Source: Candidatus Kaiserbacteria bacterium (GTDB taxonomy: Bacteria; Patescibacteriota; Minisyncoccia; Phycocordibacterales; UBA2100). From it: a DNA stretch of 64,000 nt. The position numbers and the translations under genes were made by a program. The notes below the pieces were generated by a model that was not told the DNA's origin, made no database searches, and worked only from the letters and a program-made list of their open reading frames with translations. This document shows, one piece after another, positions 18,272-28,073 of this stretch (position 1 is its first letter; every line of letters begins with the position of its first letter). The DNA is taken from NCBI GenBank assembly GCA_016186765.1, contig JACPLD010000004.1, positions 29,287 to 93,286 on the forward strand. Direction: 5' to 3'.

Positions 18272-18979
18272 TTACCTTAGAGCAGCCCATCCGCCGTGGA
18301 GCGCGAGACCGAGCTGGAACACCATGCCGAGAGCAAGCAGCTCGATCACCACGCCCTGCCGTCCCTGCTCGAAGAGATACTGCTCGACGTCCAAGAGCGG
18401 GCCGAACCAGCAAAGCTCCGGGATAATCCCTTCGCGACGCGGCGGCCGGGCCGGCTTGCGCACGAGCGCGAGGCGCGTTGTGTACAGCTCGGCATTCGTG
18501 CCCGCGTCGTGGGCTGCGGGAAACGTGACGAGAGGCGCTGTTTGGACAATATCGTGTTCACCATCCAGGCCATATTCCTCGACCAGCTCGCGCATCGCAG
18601 TCACCAGGGTGTCCTCGGTGCCTTCCGATACACCGCCCGGAAATTCGAGCTGGTAGTTGCCTTTCAGCTCGATGGGATACTCGAAATACGTAACTGGCCG
18701 ATCGGCTGCGAGCACCAGCGTCGAGAAGTTATTGAGACCAGTGCGACGCAGTGTCTCCAAGAACGACAGCAGGGTATTGGTCGGCTCCTCCTCCTGGACG
18801 AGGGTCACCCCCTCGTTTAGGCAGACAACCATCATCTTTGCTGCCATCAGGTTGCTCTTGTTTTCGTTGTGAGCAACCATTTCCCGCGGCCCGACGGCGG
18901 TTGGAACCACGTAAAGACTGTTGAAGAACCCGCGATGCAGACACTTCATCTGCTGCTCGCGTGAAAGAACGGTCCTCAT
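18272..18979 (-). CDS. NUDIX hydrolase
   Basis: Nudix box FPGGVSEGTEDTLVTAMRELVEEYGL. Confidence 0.65.
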   Translation of the reverse strand: MRTVLSREQQMKCLHRGFFNSLYVVPTAVGPREMVAHNENKSNLMAAKMMVVCLNEGVTLVQEEEPTNTLLSFLETLRRTGLNNFSTLVLAADRPVTYFEYPIELKGNYQLEFPGGVSEGTEDTLVTAMRELVEEYGLDGEHDIVQTAPLVTFPAAHDAGTNAELYTTRLALVRKPARPPRREGIIPELCWFGPLLDVEQYLFEQGRQGVVIELLALGMVFQLGLALHGGWAALR

Positions 18980-19070
18980 CGCAACACCTCCTTTCATTTC
19001 ATTGGTGCATTTATTGAGGAACCGGCAAAATACCACACGAGCACAGCTATGTCAATAATTTAACACCTTG

Positions 19071-19102
19071 GACAAAAAGAAAGGAGGCCATTTGTGGCCT
19101 CC
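19071..19102 (-). terminator. Rho-independent terminator (minus strand) after the IMPase-family gene
   Basis: GGAGGCCA-tttg-TGGCCTCC stem with a downstream (minus-strand) TTTCTTTTTGT tract. Confidence 0.6.
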
Positions 19103-19142
19103 CAGGGTTACGTTCGCGGCAAGTTTTTGAAGAACTCCTCGC

Positions 19143-19961
19143 TCACTTGATCGCTGCCCTGACACGGGCCGCCGCGTCCGCCGACTCGGCGAAGAGAAGC
19201 GGCGGCATCTCGAGCTTATGCCATGGGATTGACGAGCCGTTGAGACACTCGGCCACTCCGCCACACTCCTCGATAAAGAGAGAGCCGGCGGCTGGATCCC
19301 AGTGCTTTGCAATCGAAGCAGTGAACCACATCCATGTGAGGCCGAGCATCAGCTCGACACCCGAGAACACTGAAGGCTCATTGCGTGGATAACCGAACTC
19401 GATGATGAGTTTGCGCGCCATCGGCCAGTACCGCCGACTCCGCGCCATGCTTCGGGGCAGGTCGAGGCCGATCATGGGCGCATGAGAGCGAGTCCGCTGG
19501 AAAGAAAGCCAGCATGTTTCGCGCTGTTGCATCATGATGCCCTCACCTCGCTCAGCGACGAAACATCGGCCGAAGCCTGGCTGCGAGACGATCGCAAACC
19601 GCGGTCCCCCACCCTCGAAGTAGCACACCGAGGTGCTCCAGTCGGGGAGCCCTGCCGCAAACAGCGTCGTGCCGTCGAGCGGGTCGATTGAGAAGAGTCC
19701 GGTCTGTATGGCACTACCCAAGTCGATGTCGGGCGTCCCACCTTCTTCTTCGGAGAGAATCGGAATGCGCTTGTCGAAGCCTTTCAGGGCATCGACGAGC
19801 GCAGCTTCGATCTCAGTGTCAGCGAGCGTCACCGGCGAATGGTCGACCTTACGTCTGATGCCGATGTCGCTCCGGCATTGTAGTACCTGGCCTCTACACG
19901 AAGCCTCATGGACTTTTTGACCCAGGTTTAGTAGCTCTTTCCTGACCACGGGAACCTCCAT
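19143..19961 (-). CDS. Inositol monophosphatase / 3'(2'),5'-bisphosphate nucleotidase family protein
   Basis: FSIDPLDGT metal-binding motif, ILSEEEG, WDPAAG. Confidence 0.7.
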   Translation of the reverse strand: MEVPVVRKELLNLGQKVHEASCRGQVLQCRSDIGIRRKVDHSPVTLADTEIEAALVDALKGFDKRIPILSEEEGGTPDIDLGSAIQTGLFSIDPLDGTTLFAAGLPDWSTSVCYFEGGGPRFAIVSQPGFGRCFVAERGEGIMMQQRETCWLSFQRTRSHAPMIGLDLPRSMARSRRYWPMARKLIIEFGYPRNEPSVFSGVELMLGLTWMWFTASIAKHWDPAAGSLFIEECGGVAECLNGSSIPWHKLEMPPLLFAESADAAARVRAAIK

Positions 19962-20032
19962 TCGGTTGGTTGAGCCAGGCGCCACCTTACCTCATTTTCC
20001 TTGTACTGTCAACACTCCACAGCGTTTTGATG

Positions 20033-20929
20033 TTAGACCAACGCCCCGGTTTTGAAATAATCTGTGATGCCTCTTTTGATGTCGAATTCGGGGACAAAAC
20101 CGAGTTTTTGTTTGGCAAGCGTCATGTCGCACTCGGTGTGGTTTTGGTAGGTTGCAGCGATGGGGTTGGAGAAATATTCCGGCGTGCGAGAGAGGTCGAG
20201 TGTTTCGTTCAAAATACTCACGAGCTCGTTGAAGGATGTGGCATGTCCCGAGCCGCAATTCACGACGCAGCTTTCTTTTGCTTCGAGCGCGAGCAAATTA
20301 GCGCGTACAACATCTTTCACGTAGATGTAGTCACGCTTCTGCGTGCCATCGGTAAAGAGTTTGGGATTTCCCATCTTCATCTGCTGCGCGATCTGATAAA
20401 CCATGCTCGCGCGCTTCTCCTTGTGCGATTCCCCGGGCCCATAGACATTGCAGTAGCGGAGTCCGACAACCGTCGCGCCATGTGCCTTCGCAAACTCGGC
20501 AGCTTTTTCCTCGAGTATCATCTTCGAGCGCGCATAAGGCGTGAGCGGCTTCAATGCCTGACCTTCCTTGTACGGCACAGGGCCATCACCATAGACGGCG
20601 GCCGAGGAGGCGTAGACGAATTTTTTGCAGCCCTGCTTTGCCGCGTGCTCGAAGAGTGCGAGTGATGCGTCGACGTTCACGCGCATCATTTCCCGCTCGT
20701 CTTTCGACTGCGTCTCGTTGATAGCCGCCTCGTGTATCACAGCGTCCAGCTTGCCCAAAGCCTCCCAGTCGAGACCGATGAACGAGGGCTGCAGCATCTT
20801 CCCCGTAAATCCCGGGATCTTCTGCTCGGCATCGTGGCCTGTAATGACGACGTCGTCGCCTCTATCGAGCAGCGCCCGCACGATATTCGAGCCGATGAAT
20901 CCCGTCCCACCGGTAACCAGTACTTTCAT
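20033..20929 (-). CDS. hldD: ADP-L-glycero-D-manno-heptose 6-epimerase (HldD/RfaD)
   Basis: MKVLVTGGTGFIGSN, YASSAAVYG, LRYCNVYGPGESHKEKRASMV; similar to RfaD ([20 protein letters not shown]). Confidence 0.75.
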   Translation of the reverse strand: MKVLVTGGTGFIGSNIVRALLDRGDDVVITGHDAEQKIPGFTGKMLQPSFIGLDWEALGKLDAVIHEAAINETQSKDEREMMRVNVDASLALFEHAAKQGCKKFVYASSAAVYGDGPVPYKEGQALKPLTPYARSKMILEEKAAEFAKAHGATVVGLRYCNVYGPGESHKEKRASMVYQIAQQMKMGNPKLFTDGTQKRDYIYVKDVVRANLLALEAKESCVVNCGSGHATSFNELVSILNETLDLSRTPEYFSNPIAATYQNHTECDMTLAKQKLGFVPEFDIKRGITDYFKTGALV

Positions 20930-22170
20930 ACGATATATGGTATCTCGTTGTTGACTGTTCCGTACTTTGCCTTGCCGGATAGAAGAATTCGGGCCATGTC
21001 GGCGATCCGCTCCGGAGAAATATGCCGAAGCGAAGGGTCTTCCGAGACAGGCGGGTTTTTATGGTTGTACGCGGTGATGCTTGGACTCGTATGGAAAAAT
21101 TCATAGAGGCACACCACCCTTCCGAGTGGGCCGTACAAAAAAGGCGTCTCTGGGCCGAAGATGGCAAGCGTCGGCAAGCCAACCATCGCGGCAAAGTGCG
21201 GGTTGCCGCTGTCGTTGCTTATGAGGAGCTCCGCCATCCCAAAGAGCTCTGCGAGTTCTTGGAGCGTACTCGTCTCGCCCGCCATATTGAAACAGCGCTC
21301 ACCTACCTCAGTGCGAACATACTCGCACGTGGCACGATGCTCGTTCGTGCCGACGAGGACAATGACGTGCTTCGGATATGCAGCGAGAAGTTTCCGAAGT
21401 GCATCCACATACAAATCTTTCGGGTAGTCGCGGATCGAAAGCGCCCATCCGACCGTCGGAGCGACGGTAAGTATGGGTTCTCCCCTATGTCCGAGTTCCT
21501 TGAGCCGTGCGCGCATCTTCTCCTTGAGCGCAGCATCCGATTTGTACGAAGGCACGATGATCTCGCTGTTCTCAATCCTGCCGGCGTAGTTGTAGTAGTG
21601 GCTGCTCAAGCTGATGGCAGATTTGGTGAGCGCAAGGTGATTTTTTGCAATGTGCATATTCTGGTTGAAGTTGCAGCGGATATCGTAAAAGTCGCCGCGA
21701 TACATTCCTTCCATCGTGTAGCGAAAATAGCCGGCACGGAACTTTGCGCGGATCAAAAACGCGATGATGGCCGAAATCCGCAAAAAGAGCTCGTAGTCGA
21801 TGATGAGATCGAATTTCTCTCGTGAGAGCTCGCGTGCCTGCGCGAGAATCGAGAAAAAAAGCGCACGGAGGTTCGTATCGTCGATCACGTGCACGTTCCC
21901 CTCTGGAATGAGGTCTAACATTTGCCACGAATCCTTTTTGCTCGCGAGGCAGAGTGAATGAATCTCGACATTCGGGATTTTCTCCTTGATGTAGAAGAGC
22001 GAAGAGTATGCCATCACTGCAGCGCCCATCTCGACAAGCTCGATCACGAGGATCTTTCGTATGGATTTGTCGCGCGGCGCCCCGCGCAGCCTGTGGAGAA
22101 GCGTAAAGAAAAAGCAAACGATTGAGCCAACGTACCGCTCGACAAGACGCATCCAAGGCGAATAGTGCAT
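20926..22170 (-). CDS. Glycosyltransferase family 9 (heptosyltransferase-like)
   Basis: KILVIELVEMGAAVMAYSSL N-terminal GT9 motif; C-terminal ...VGTNEHR...LISNDSGNPHFAAMVGLPTLAIFG. Confidence 0.7.
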   Translation of the reverse strand: MHYSPWMRLVERYVGSIVCFFFTLLHRLRGAPRDKSIRKILVIELVEMGAAVMAYSSLFYIKEKIPNVEIHSLCLASKKDSWQMLDLIPEGNVHVIDDTNLRALFFSILAQARELSREKFDLIIDYELFLRISAIIAFLIRAKFRAGYFRYTMEGMYRGDFYDIRCNFNQNMHIAKNHLALTKSAISLSSHYYNYAGRIENSEIIVPSYKSDAALKEKMRARLKELGHRGEPILTVAPTVGWALSIRDYPKDLYVDALRKLLAAYPKHVIVLVGTNEHRATCEYVRTEVGERCFNMAGETSTLQELAELFGMAELLISNDSGNPHFAAMVGLPTLAIFGPETPFLYGPLGRVVCLYEFFHTSPSITAYNHKNPPVSEDPSLRHISPERIADMARILLSGKAKYGTVNNEIPYIV

Positions 22171-22197
22171 GGATAGCGGCAGTATACTTTGAGCGCA

Positions 22198-23232
22198 TTA
22201 CTCGCGCATCCGCGCTTGCCCGCCGAAGCCCTGCCTGCCGGCAGGCAGGCTTGGGCGTAGGCGGGCAACAGCAAAGAGGTCAACGTAGCGCTTTTCGCTT
22301 CCGAGCATCGTAAGAAAGATGATGAGCGCGGGAACGCCAAAGAGGACAGCATCCTTTACCTTCGCAAGCGCGTGCACCGCGCGAACGATGAGCGGCCGCT
22401 TCTTCCCCGGGACAGGTGTGGTGTCACCCGCTGCTTCTCGTGCAGCTCGTACGGCGCCAAAAGAGAAGCGCGAGCCATACTTGAATCGAAGCTTCATCAC
22501 GATGGGCCAGATCCCCTCCGAGCTGCGACGCATATAGACGACATCAAATCCACGCGCTTCGAGAAATTTCCGCAGTGAGGTGCGATCCCAACACGTGAGA
22601 TGCACCGGCGGCAGGTCCCCTTTCATGAGCCAGAGCGCGTGTTTGCGGTACGGCATGCTCATCGCGACATGTCCTCCACTTTTCAGGAGCGAGAGAATAG
22701 CGGCAAGAAATTCATTGTGATTGTCGACGTGCTCGAGCACGTCGAAAAAGGTAATGAGATCGAAACGTTTCTCCGGATGGGCTTTCGCGTACGTGATGAC
22801 GTCCGTCGCTTCCAAATGTGCTATGCCCGTTTTTCTCTCTGCAGACTCAATAGCACCAGGGTCGATGTCGACGCCAGCGCATTCCCATCCGCGCTCCTTT
22901 GCAAGCTCCAAAAAATTGCCAATGCCGCAGCCCACATCAAGTACCGAACCCCGGTGATCCGAAAGGAGTGAGAGCGTCTTTTTGTGGTTTGCTGTCGCAC
23001 CCCACACCGGATCGGCATTCCGCACACCGTAGCGCTCATGCTTACTGTACCACTCAGCGCCGGGATTCTTCAAAGGCCACCAAAATTCCACTTCGCAGCG
23101 AGCGCAGTGATACTGCGTGTAGCGGATCCCGCTATCATCGTGCGTGCGGCCGGTTGTAGAAAGGGTTGCAGCCCCACAAAGAGAACATGCGGTCGGCACA
23201 GCTCCCATACGTTCGGACAAGGTTCGCATCAT
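22198..23232 (-). CDS. Class I SAM-dependent methyltransferase with N-terminal zinc ribbon
   Basis: CSLCG...CARCE zinc ribbon; VLDVGCGIGNFL motif I; FFDVLEHVDN. Start uncertain (Met52/53/60). Confidence 0.7.
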   Translation of the reverse strand: MMRTLSERMGAVPTACSLCGAATLSTTGRTHDDSGIRYTQYHCARCEVEFWWPLKNPGAEWYSKHERYGVRNADPVWGATANHKKTLSLLSDHRGSVLDVGCGIGNFLELAKERGWECAGVDIDPGAIESAERKTGIAHLEATDVITYAKAHPEKRFDLITFFDVLEHVDNHNEFLAAILSLLKSGGHVAMSMPYRKHALWLMKGDLPPVHLTCWDRTSLRKFLEARGFDVVYMRRSSEGIWPIVMKLRFKYGSRFSFGAVRAAREAAGDTTPVPGKKRPLIVRAVHALAKVKDAVLFGVPALIIFLTMLGSEKRYVDLFAVARLRPSLPAGRQGFGGQARMRE

Positions 23233-23275
23233 AGCATAGAGCGTCAATGAGGATTTTGTGCTATACAGTGCGAGC

Positions 23276-24307
23276 ATGAAGGCTGCCGTTTTGGAGAAGA
23301 TCGGCGCACCACTTACCGTTGCCGACGTCGAGCTCGGAGAGCTCCCGCGAGGGCAGGTGCTCGTGAAAATTCTCGTGAGCGGCATGTGTGGCGCGCAGCT
23401 GCAGGAGATCGCCGGTTACAAGGGCAATGCGAAATTCGTGCCTCATCTTCTCGGCCACGAAGGCTGCGGTATTGTTGAAAAGATCGGCGAGGACGTCACG
23501 AGAGTTATGCCGGGTGACAAGGTGGTGATGCACTGGCGCAAAGGTGAAGGCATCGAATCTGATTTTCCGTCGTATGTGTACAAAGGAAAGAAAATGTCGA
23601 GCGGCAAGGTAACGACATTTAGCGAATACGCGATCGTATCTGAAAACCGGGTGACTGCAGTGCCGCAGGACACACCCGATGACCTCTGCGCGCTCCTTGG
23701 CTGCGGACTTTCGACTGCGCTCGCGACCGTCGAGAACGACGCACGCGTCAAAGCCGGAGAGAAAGTTCTCATCGTCGGCATCGGAGGTCTCGGTGCGTGC
23801 TTCATCAAGGCTGCGAAGCTCGCCGGAGCCGGGGCAATCGTTGCCGTGGACATTCATGACAAAGATGCAGCCGCACGCGCGCTCGGCGCGACACACTTCG
23901 TGCGCGCTGGTTCAGAGATGCGCAGCGCGCTGCATGCTGTCGACATCGAAAGCTTCAACGTCATCATCGAGACATCCGGTAACGCGGGGGCAATTGCCGA
24001 GACGCTTACATTGCTTGGCGATTCAGGCAGATATATTTTGGTGGGACAACCGAAGCCTGGCGAGAGCGTCGAGATACGGAACGCCGTCCACCTCTTTGGC
24101 GGAGAAGGAAAAACGATCAAGGCAACACAGGGTGGTGGGTTCAGACCCTCTTCCGATATTCCCCGCTACATCGAGGAGTACGGAAGTGGCCGATTGGACA
24201 TAGAGAATCTCATCACCCATCGCACAACGCTCGAGAAGGTCAACGACGCGTTGCGGCTGATGCGCGAAGGGAAAGCAAACCGCATTATGATCGACATATG
24301 GCAGTAA
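23276..24307 (+). CDS. Zinc-dependent alcohol dehydrogenase (MDR family)
   Basis: GMCGAQL, GHEGCGIV, VLIVGIGGLG cofactor motif. Confidence 0.75.
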   Translation: MKAAVLEKIGAPLTVADVELGELPRGQVLVKILVSGMCGAQLQEIAGYKGNAKFVPHLLGHEGCGIVEKIGEDVTRVMPGDKVVMHWRKGEGIESDFPSYVYKGKKMSSGKVTTFSEYAIVSENRVTAVPQDTPDDLCALLGCGLSTALATVENDARVKAGEKVLIVGIGGLGACFIKAAKLAGAGAIVAVDIHDKDAAARALGATHFVRAGSEMRSALHAVDIESFNVIIETSGNAGAIAETLTLLGDSGRYILVGQPKPGESVEIRNAVHLFGGEGKTIKATQGGGFRPSSDIPRYIEEYGSGRLDIENLITHRTTLEKVNDALRLMREGKANRIMIDIWQ

Positions 24308-25293
24308 CACGACGTACTAAAAAACAGGACGCGAACGAGACTGCAGCGCTCCTGCAAGCCTACAAAAGAATGCTCTCAATTCGTATCGCACAGGAGGAGC
24401 TCGTGAAGCTCTACATGGAGAAGAAGATCTTCAGCATGGTCCACTTCTACATCGGGCAGGAGGCGGTCGCGGTGGGAGTGTGCGACGCCCTCAAGAAAGG
24501 CGACAAGGTGATGGGAAATCACCGCTCGCACGGCCACTACCTCGCAAAAGGCGGAAACTTTCGCAGATTAGTGTGCGAGCTCCTCGGCAAGGCAAATGGC
24601 TCAGCACGTGGAAAGGGTGGCTCCATGCACATGGTCGCAAAGGAAGTCAACTTCGTTGGCTCGACGCCGCTTTTGGGAAGCGTGGTGCCCATCTCGGCAG
24701 GCGTCGCCTTCGAGCAAAAGTACAACAAGCGCGGCACGATCACGGTTGCCTTCTATGGCGACGGTGCTTCAGAAGAGGGCGTCGTGTACGAGACGTACAA
24801 CCTCGCAGCGCTCTACAAGTTGCCACTTCTCCTCGTCATCGAGAACAACCTCTTTTCCATCAACTCATACATAAAGAACCGCCGCTCCGGGAATTACGAC
24901 GTCAAGAAAATCGTCGAGGGCTTGGGCGTCCGATACGAGCAGGCGGACGGTAATGATTACCACGACGTGCACGAGAAAGCGCGCGCGCTCGTCGACTCGA
25001 TCAGAGAAGAGAGTGAGCCTGCCGTATTAGAGTGCATGACATACCGGCACATGGCTCACAGCACACCCCTGAGGGAAGAGTCATACCGTAGCGAAGATAC
25101 AGCAGAAAAGCGGCAGGAAAGCGATTCGCTGAAGAAGATACATGACGAGTTGCTTGGAGCAGGTATCTCGGAGAAAAGACTTTCTGCTCTAGAAAACACG
25201 ATGCGTGCATCGGTGCGAAAGGACATCACATTCGCAGAGCGCTCGCCGTATCCGAAAAAAAGTGAACTCTACACCAACATGTACGCGACATAA
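24298..25293 (+). CDS. Thiamine-diphosphate-dependent dehydrogenase E1 component, alpha subunit
   Basis: GQEAVAVG, GSMHM, FYGDGASEEG, VIENNLF (TPP-binding). Confidence 0.8.
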   Translation: MAVTRRTKKQDANETAALLQAYKRMLSIRIAQEELVKLYMEKKIFSMVHFYIGQEAVAVGVCDALKKGDKVMGNHRSHGHYLAKGGNFRRLVCELLGKANGSARGKGGSMHMVAKEVNFVGSTPLLGSVVPISAGVAFEQKYNKRGTITVAFYGDGASEEGVVYETYNLAALYKLPLLLVIENNLFSINSYIKNRRSGNYDVKKIVEGLGVRYEQADGNDYHDVHEKARALVDSIREESEPAVLECMTYRHMAHSTPLREESYRSEDTAEKRQESDSLKKIHDELLGAGISEKRLSALENTMRASVRKDITFAERSPYPKKSELYTNMYAT

Positions 25294-25295
25294 CT

Positions 25296-26324
25296 ATGGC
25301 TGAAAGGATTCTCAAGTACGCAGACGCAATAAAAGAAGCGACGGAGCAGCTCCTCGAAAGTGACCGGCGCGTCTTCGTGCTTGGCCTCGGCGTGCCTCAA
25401 GGGGCGGGAGGCACGACAACTGGCCTTTCTGAGAAGTACCCGCAGCGAGTGCTCGATACCCCTTCCTCCGAGGCAGCTCTCACGGGTCTTGCGGTTGGCT
25501 CAGCCATCTCAGGACTCCGCCCCATCGTGCATCACGATCGAGTTGAATTCGGCTTGCTCGCCTCCGACCAGATGTTCACCCAGGCGGCGAAGTGGAACTA
25601 CATGTTCGGCGGCGGGAATCCTGTGCCACTTACTGTTCGGATTGTGGTGGGACGGCAGTGGGGCAATGGGCCGCAACACTCGCAAGCGCTCTACTCAATG
25701 TATGGTGCGGTGCGCGGGCTCAAGGTCGTGATTCCCTCTTCCCCACGCATGGCAAAAGGGCTCCTCATCGCCGCAGTACGGGACCCGAACCCCGTCATCG
25801 TCCTTGAGCCGCGTTGGCTCTACCAAACTAAGCAGATTGTGCCGAAAAAAATGTACGAAGAGCCGCTCGAAAAAGCGAGAGTCGTGCGAAAAGGAAAGGA
25901 CATAACGGTCGTTGCCTACGGCGACGGGCTTGTCTCGTCGCATGAGGCGTGCGAGCTTATCGGCAACAGGGTGAGCGTTGAGCTGATCGACGTCGTGAGC
26001 ATCAACCCAGTTGATCACGACACGATCAAGAAGTCCGTCATGAGAACTGGGCGACTCCTTTGCATCGACACGACGAGCGAAGCATTCGGCGTAGGATCCG
26101 AAGTCATCGCGAATGTGATGAAGACATGCACGCTTGAAGCAAGGCCCCTCGTGCTTGCAGCCCCCAATGTCCCCTGTCCTACCTCTACTGCACTTACAGA
26201 ATTCTACTACCCAACAAGAGCAGATGTCGCAAACGCAATACTCCGCGCCTTGAAAAAACCGACAATCCGTCATACGCTCACCTTCCAAGAGTTGCATCTC
26301 GCGCCAACCCTCACGCTGCCATGA
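25296..26324 (+). CDS. Thiamine-diphosphate-dependent dehydrogenase E1 component, beta subunit (transketolase-like)
   Basis: VFVLGLGV, DTPSSEAALTGLAVGSA, RIVVGRQWGNGPQHSQAL, plus the C-terminal transketolase domain. Confidence 0.8.
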   Translation: MAERILKYADAIKEATEQLLESDRRVFVLGLGVPQGAGGTTTGLSEKYPQRVLDTPSSEAALTGLAVGSAISGLRPIVHHDRVEFGLLASDQMFTQAAKWNYMFGGGNPVPLTVRIVVGRQWGNGPQHSQALYSMYGAVRGLKVVIPSSPRMAKGLLIAAVRDPNPVIVLEPRWLYQTKQIVPKKMYEEPLEKARVVRKGKDITVVAYGDGLVSSHEACELIGNRVSVELIDVVSINPVDHDTIKKSVMRTGRLLCIDTTSEAFGVGSEVIANVMKTCTLEARPLVLAAPNVPCPTSTALTEFYYPTRADVANAILRALKKPTIRHTLTFQELHLAPTLTLP

Positions 26325-27130
26325 GCAAATCAAAAAAACAAAAGAGAATACTTATCATCGGCGAGAGCTGCCGCGATGTGTTCATCTACTGCGACACGGT
26401 GCGCCTTGCGCCCGACATTCCCGTGCCCGTATTACACATCGTGAAAACGACGGAAAATCCGGGCATGGCAAAAAACGTCGAGCGAAACATAAAGGCGCTG
26501 CACCCTCACTGTGACGTTGTTACACACAGCAACTGGCGCGCGATCACGAAGACCCGCTTCATGCACGAGAAAACGCCGCAGGCATTCTTTCGCGTCGACT
26601 CGAAGCACAAGTATCCCCGCGCAAAGGTGAAGAACCTACCGTTGAAGAAGTACGATCTCATAGGCATCTCCGACTACAACAAAGGATTCCTCACGCACGA
26701 GGATATCGAGTACATCTGCGAGAGTCATCCATTCGTATTCGTGGATACGAAAAAGCGGGTCGGGCGCTTTCTCGACGCCGCCCGCTACATCAAGATCAAC
26801 AAATTCGAATACGAACACTCGCTCCCGATCCCGCGCGACCTGGATCGCAAGATCATCTGCACACGCGGCGGTGAAGGCGTACAGTTTCGCGGAAAAACAT
26901 ATCCAGTCAAACCGGTCGAGGTGAAGGATGTCACGGGCGCTGGAGACAGCTTCTTTGCCGCGCTCCTCGTGCGCTTCGCTGAAACTGAAGACATCGATGA
27001 GGCCATTCACTTTGCGAACCTTTGCGCCTCGCAAGTCGTCAAGAAAAAGGGCGTATCGGTGATAAAACGACCGAAGCTATCTGCGACGACAAACAACAAT
27101 AACGAGTACGCTATCCGACGTCGCAGATAA
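26321..27130 (+). CDS. PfkB-family sugar kinase, D-glycero-D-manno-heptose-7-phosphate kinase-like (RfaE/HldE domain I type)
   Basis: ILIIGESCRDVFIYCDTVRLAPDIPVPVL (RfaE-I-like N-terminus); DVTGAGDSFFAALL PfkB signature. Confidence 0.7.
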   Translation: MSKSKKQKRILIIGESCRDVFIYCDTVRLAPDIPVPVLHIVKTTENPGMAKNVERNIKALHPHCDVVTHSNWRAITKTRFMHEKTPQAFFRVDSKHKYPRAKVKNLPLKKYDLIGISDYNKGFLTHEDIEYICESHPFVFVDTKKRVGRFLDAARYIKINKFEYEHSLPIPRDLDRKIICTRGGEGVQFRGKTYPVKPVEVKDVTGAGDSFFAALLVRFAETEDIDEAIHFANLCASQVVKKKGVSVIKRPKLSATTNNNNEYAIRRRR

Positions 27131-28064
27131 GATCGAGTTCGGGGCTTGATTTGAGCTCACATCGATACTCAGGTACGAAACTGCGAACGAGCGCTGCTAG
27201 GTGCTCCGGGTCTCCCGGCTTGTGATAGGCGGAAAGCGCGAGCGCAGGATGATAGTTTTGAATAGTCCCGGCGGCCCCTTCAAGAATTTCCTTTTCGAAC
27301 CCTTCCGTGTCGATCTTTATGAAATCGACACGGGGGAGCTGCTGCTCACGGACGAATGTGTCGATAGTAGTGATAGGTACTGTTTCTTTGCCGCTGTAGG
27401 AGCCGAGAAGACCCGATTCCGCAAGCGTATTGCCTTCTCCGGAGGAACTCTCGATATGAAGCTCCGCCTCTCCCGCACGGTTCCCGAGCGCGCTTCGCAC
27501 AGCAGTGGCATTTCCGTACGGGTGCAGATTTTTCTCTAGCGCGTCGAAGGTCGTCTGTGCAGGCTCGAATGCATATACCTTGCCCTCACGTGCAAGCCGC
27601 GCTGAAAGTGCGCTGAATGTGCCAACGTTGGCTCCCGCATCGACGACGATCGAGTCTGGTCTGATCCGACCACGCGCGCGGTATTCGTCCTGAAGGATGA
27701 CTTCGTTGACGAGCTTGAGTGCAACGAGCCAGTTTTTGAATTTGCCAGGCTCTGTCGCGACGAACGGCTTTCCGAAGAGCACAGGAGCTTCTCGATAGAG
27801 GCCAGCCTGCTCGAAAATCTCCTCAAGCTCTCGGTCGAGAAGAGCCTGGAGCTTGTGTTGGAGAGTCGCAGATTTGAAGCGGCCCGGAAGAAGATTCTGC
27901 ACACACTCAAGAAAAGTCACGTCGCCGCGCCGCCACGCCCCGAATCCGTAGGCGCGCCACGCGATGTGCTGCTCGTGCGTTTTCTCGACGAACGACGGCA
28001 GACGAAGCGGCAGGAGTTCATCCTTTATCAGCATTTCGAGATCGATCATCACGCTATGGTACAC
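27111..28064 (-). CDS. FkbM-family methyltransferase
   Basis: VVDAGANVGTF, FIKIDTEGFE signature. Start may be an internal Met (28034). Confidence 0.7.
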   Translation of the reverse strand: MYHSVMIDLEMLIKDELLPLRLPSFVEKTHEQHIAWRAYGFGAWRRGDVTFLECVQNLLPGRFKSATLQHKLQALLDRELEEIFEQAGLYREAPVLFGKPFVATEPGKFKNWLVALKLVNEVILQDEYRARGRIRPDSIVVDAGANVGTFSALSARLAREGKVYAFEPAQTTFDALEKNLHPYGNATAVRSALGNRAGEAELHIESSSGEGNTLAESGLLGSYSGKETVPITTIDTFVREQQLPRVDFIKIDTEGFEKEILEGAAGTIQNYHPALALSAYHKPGDPEHLAALVRSFVPEYRCELKSSPELDLICDVG

Positions 28065-28073
28065 TGATTTGCC

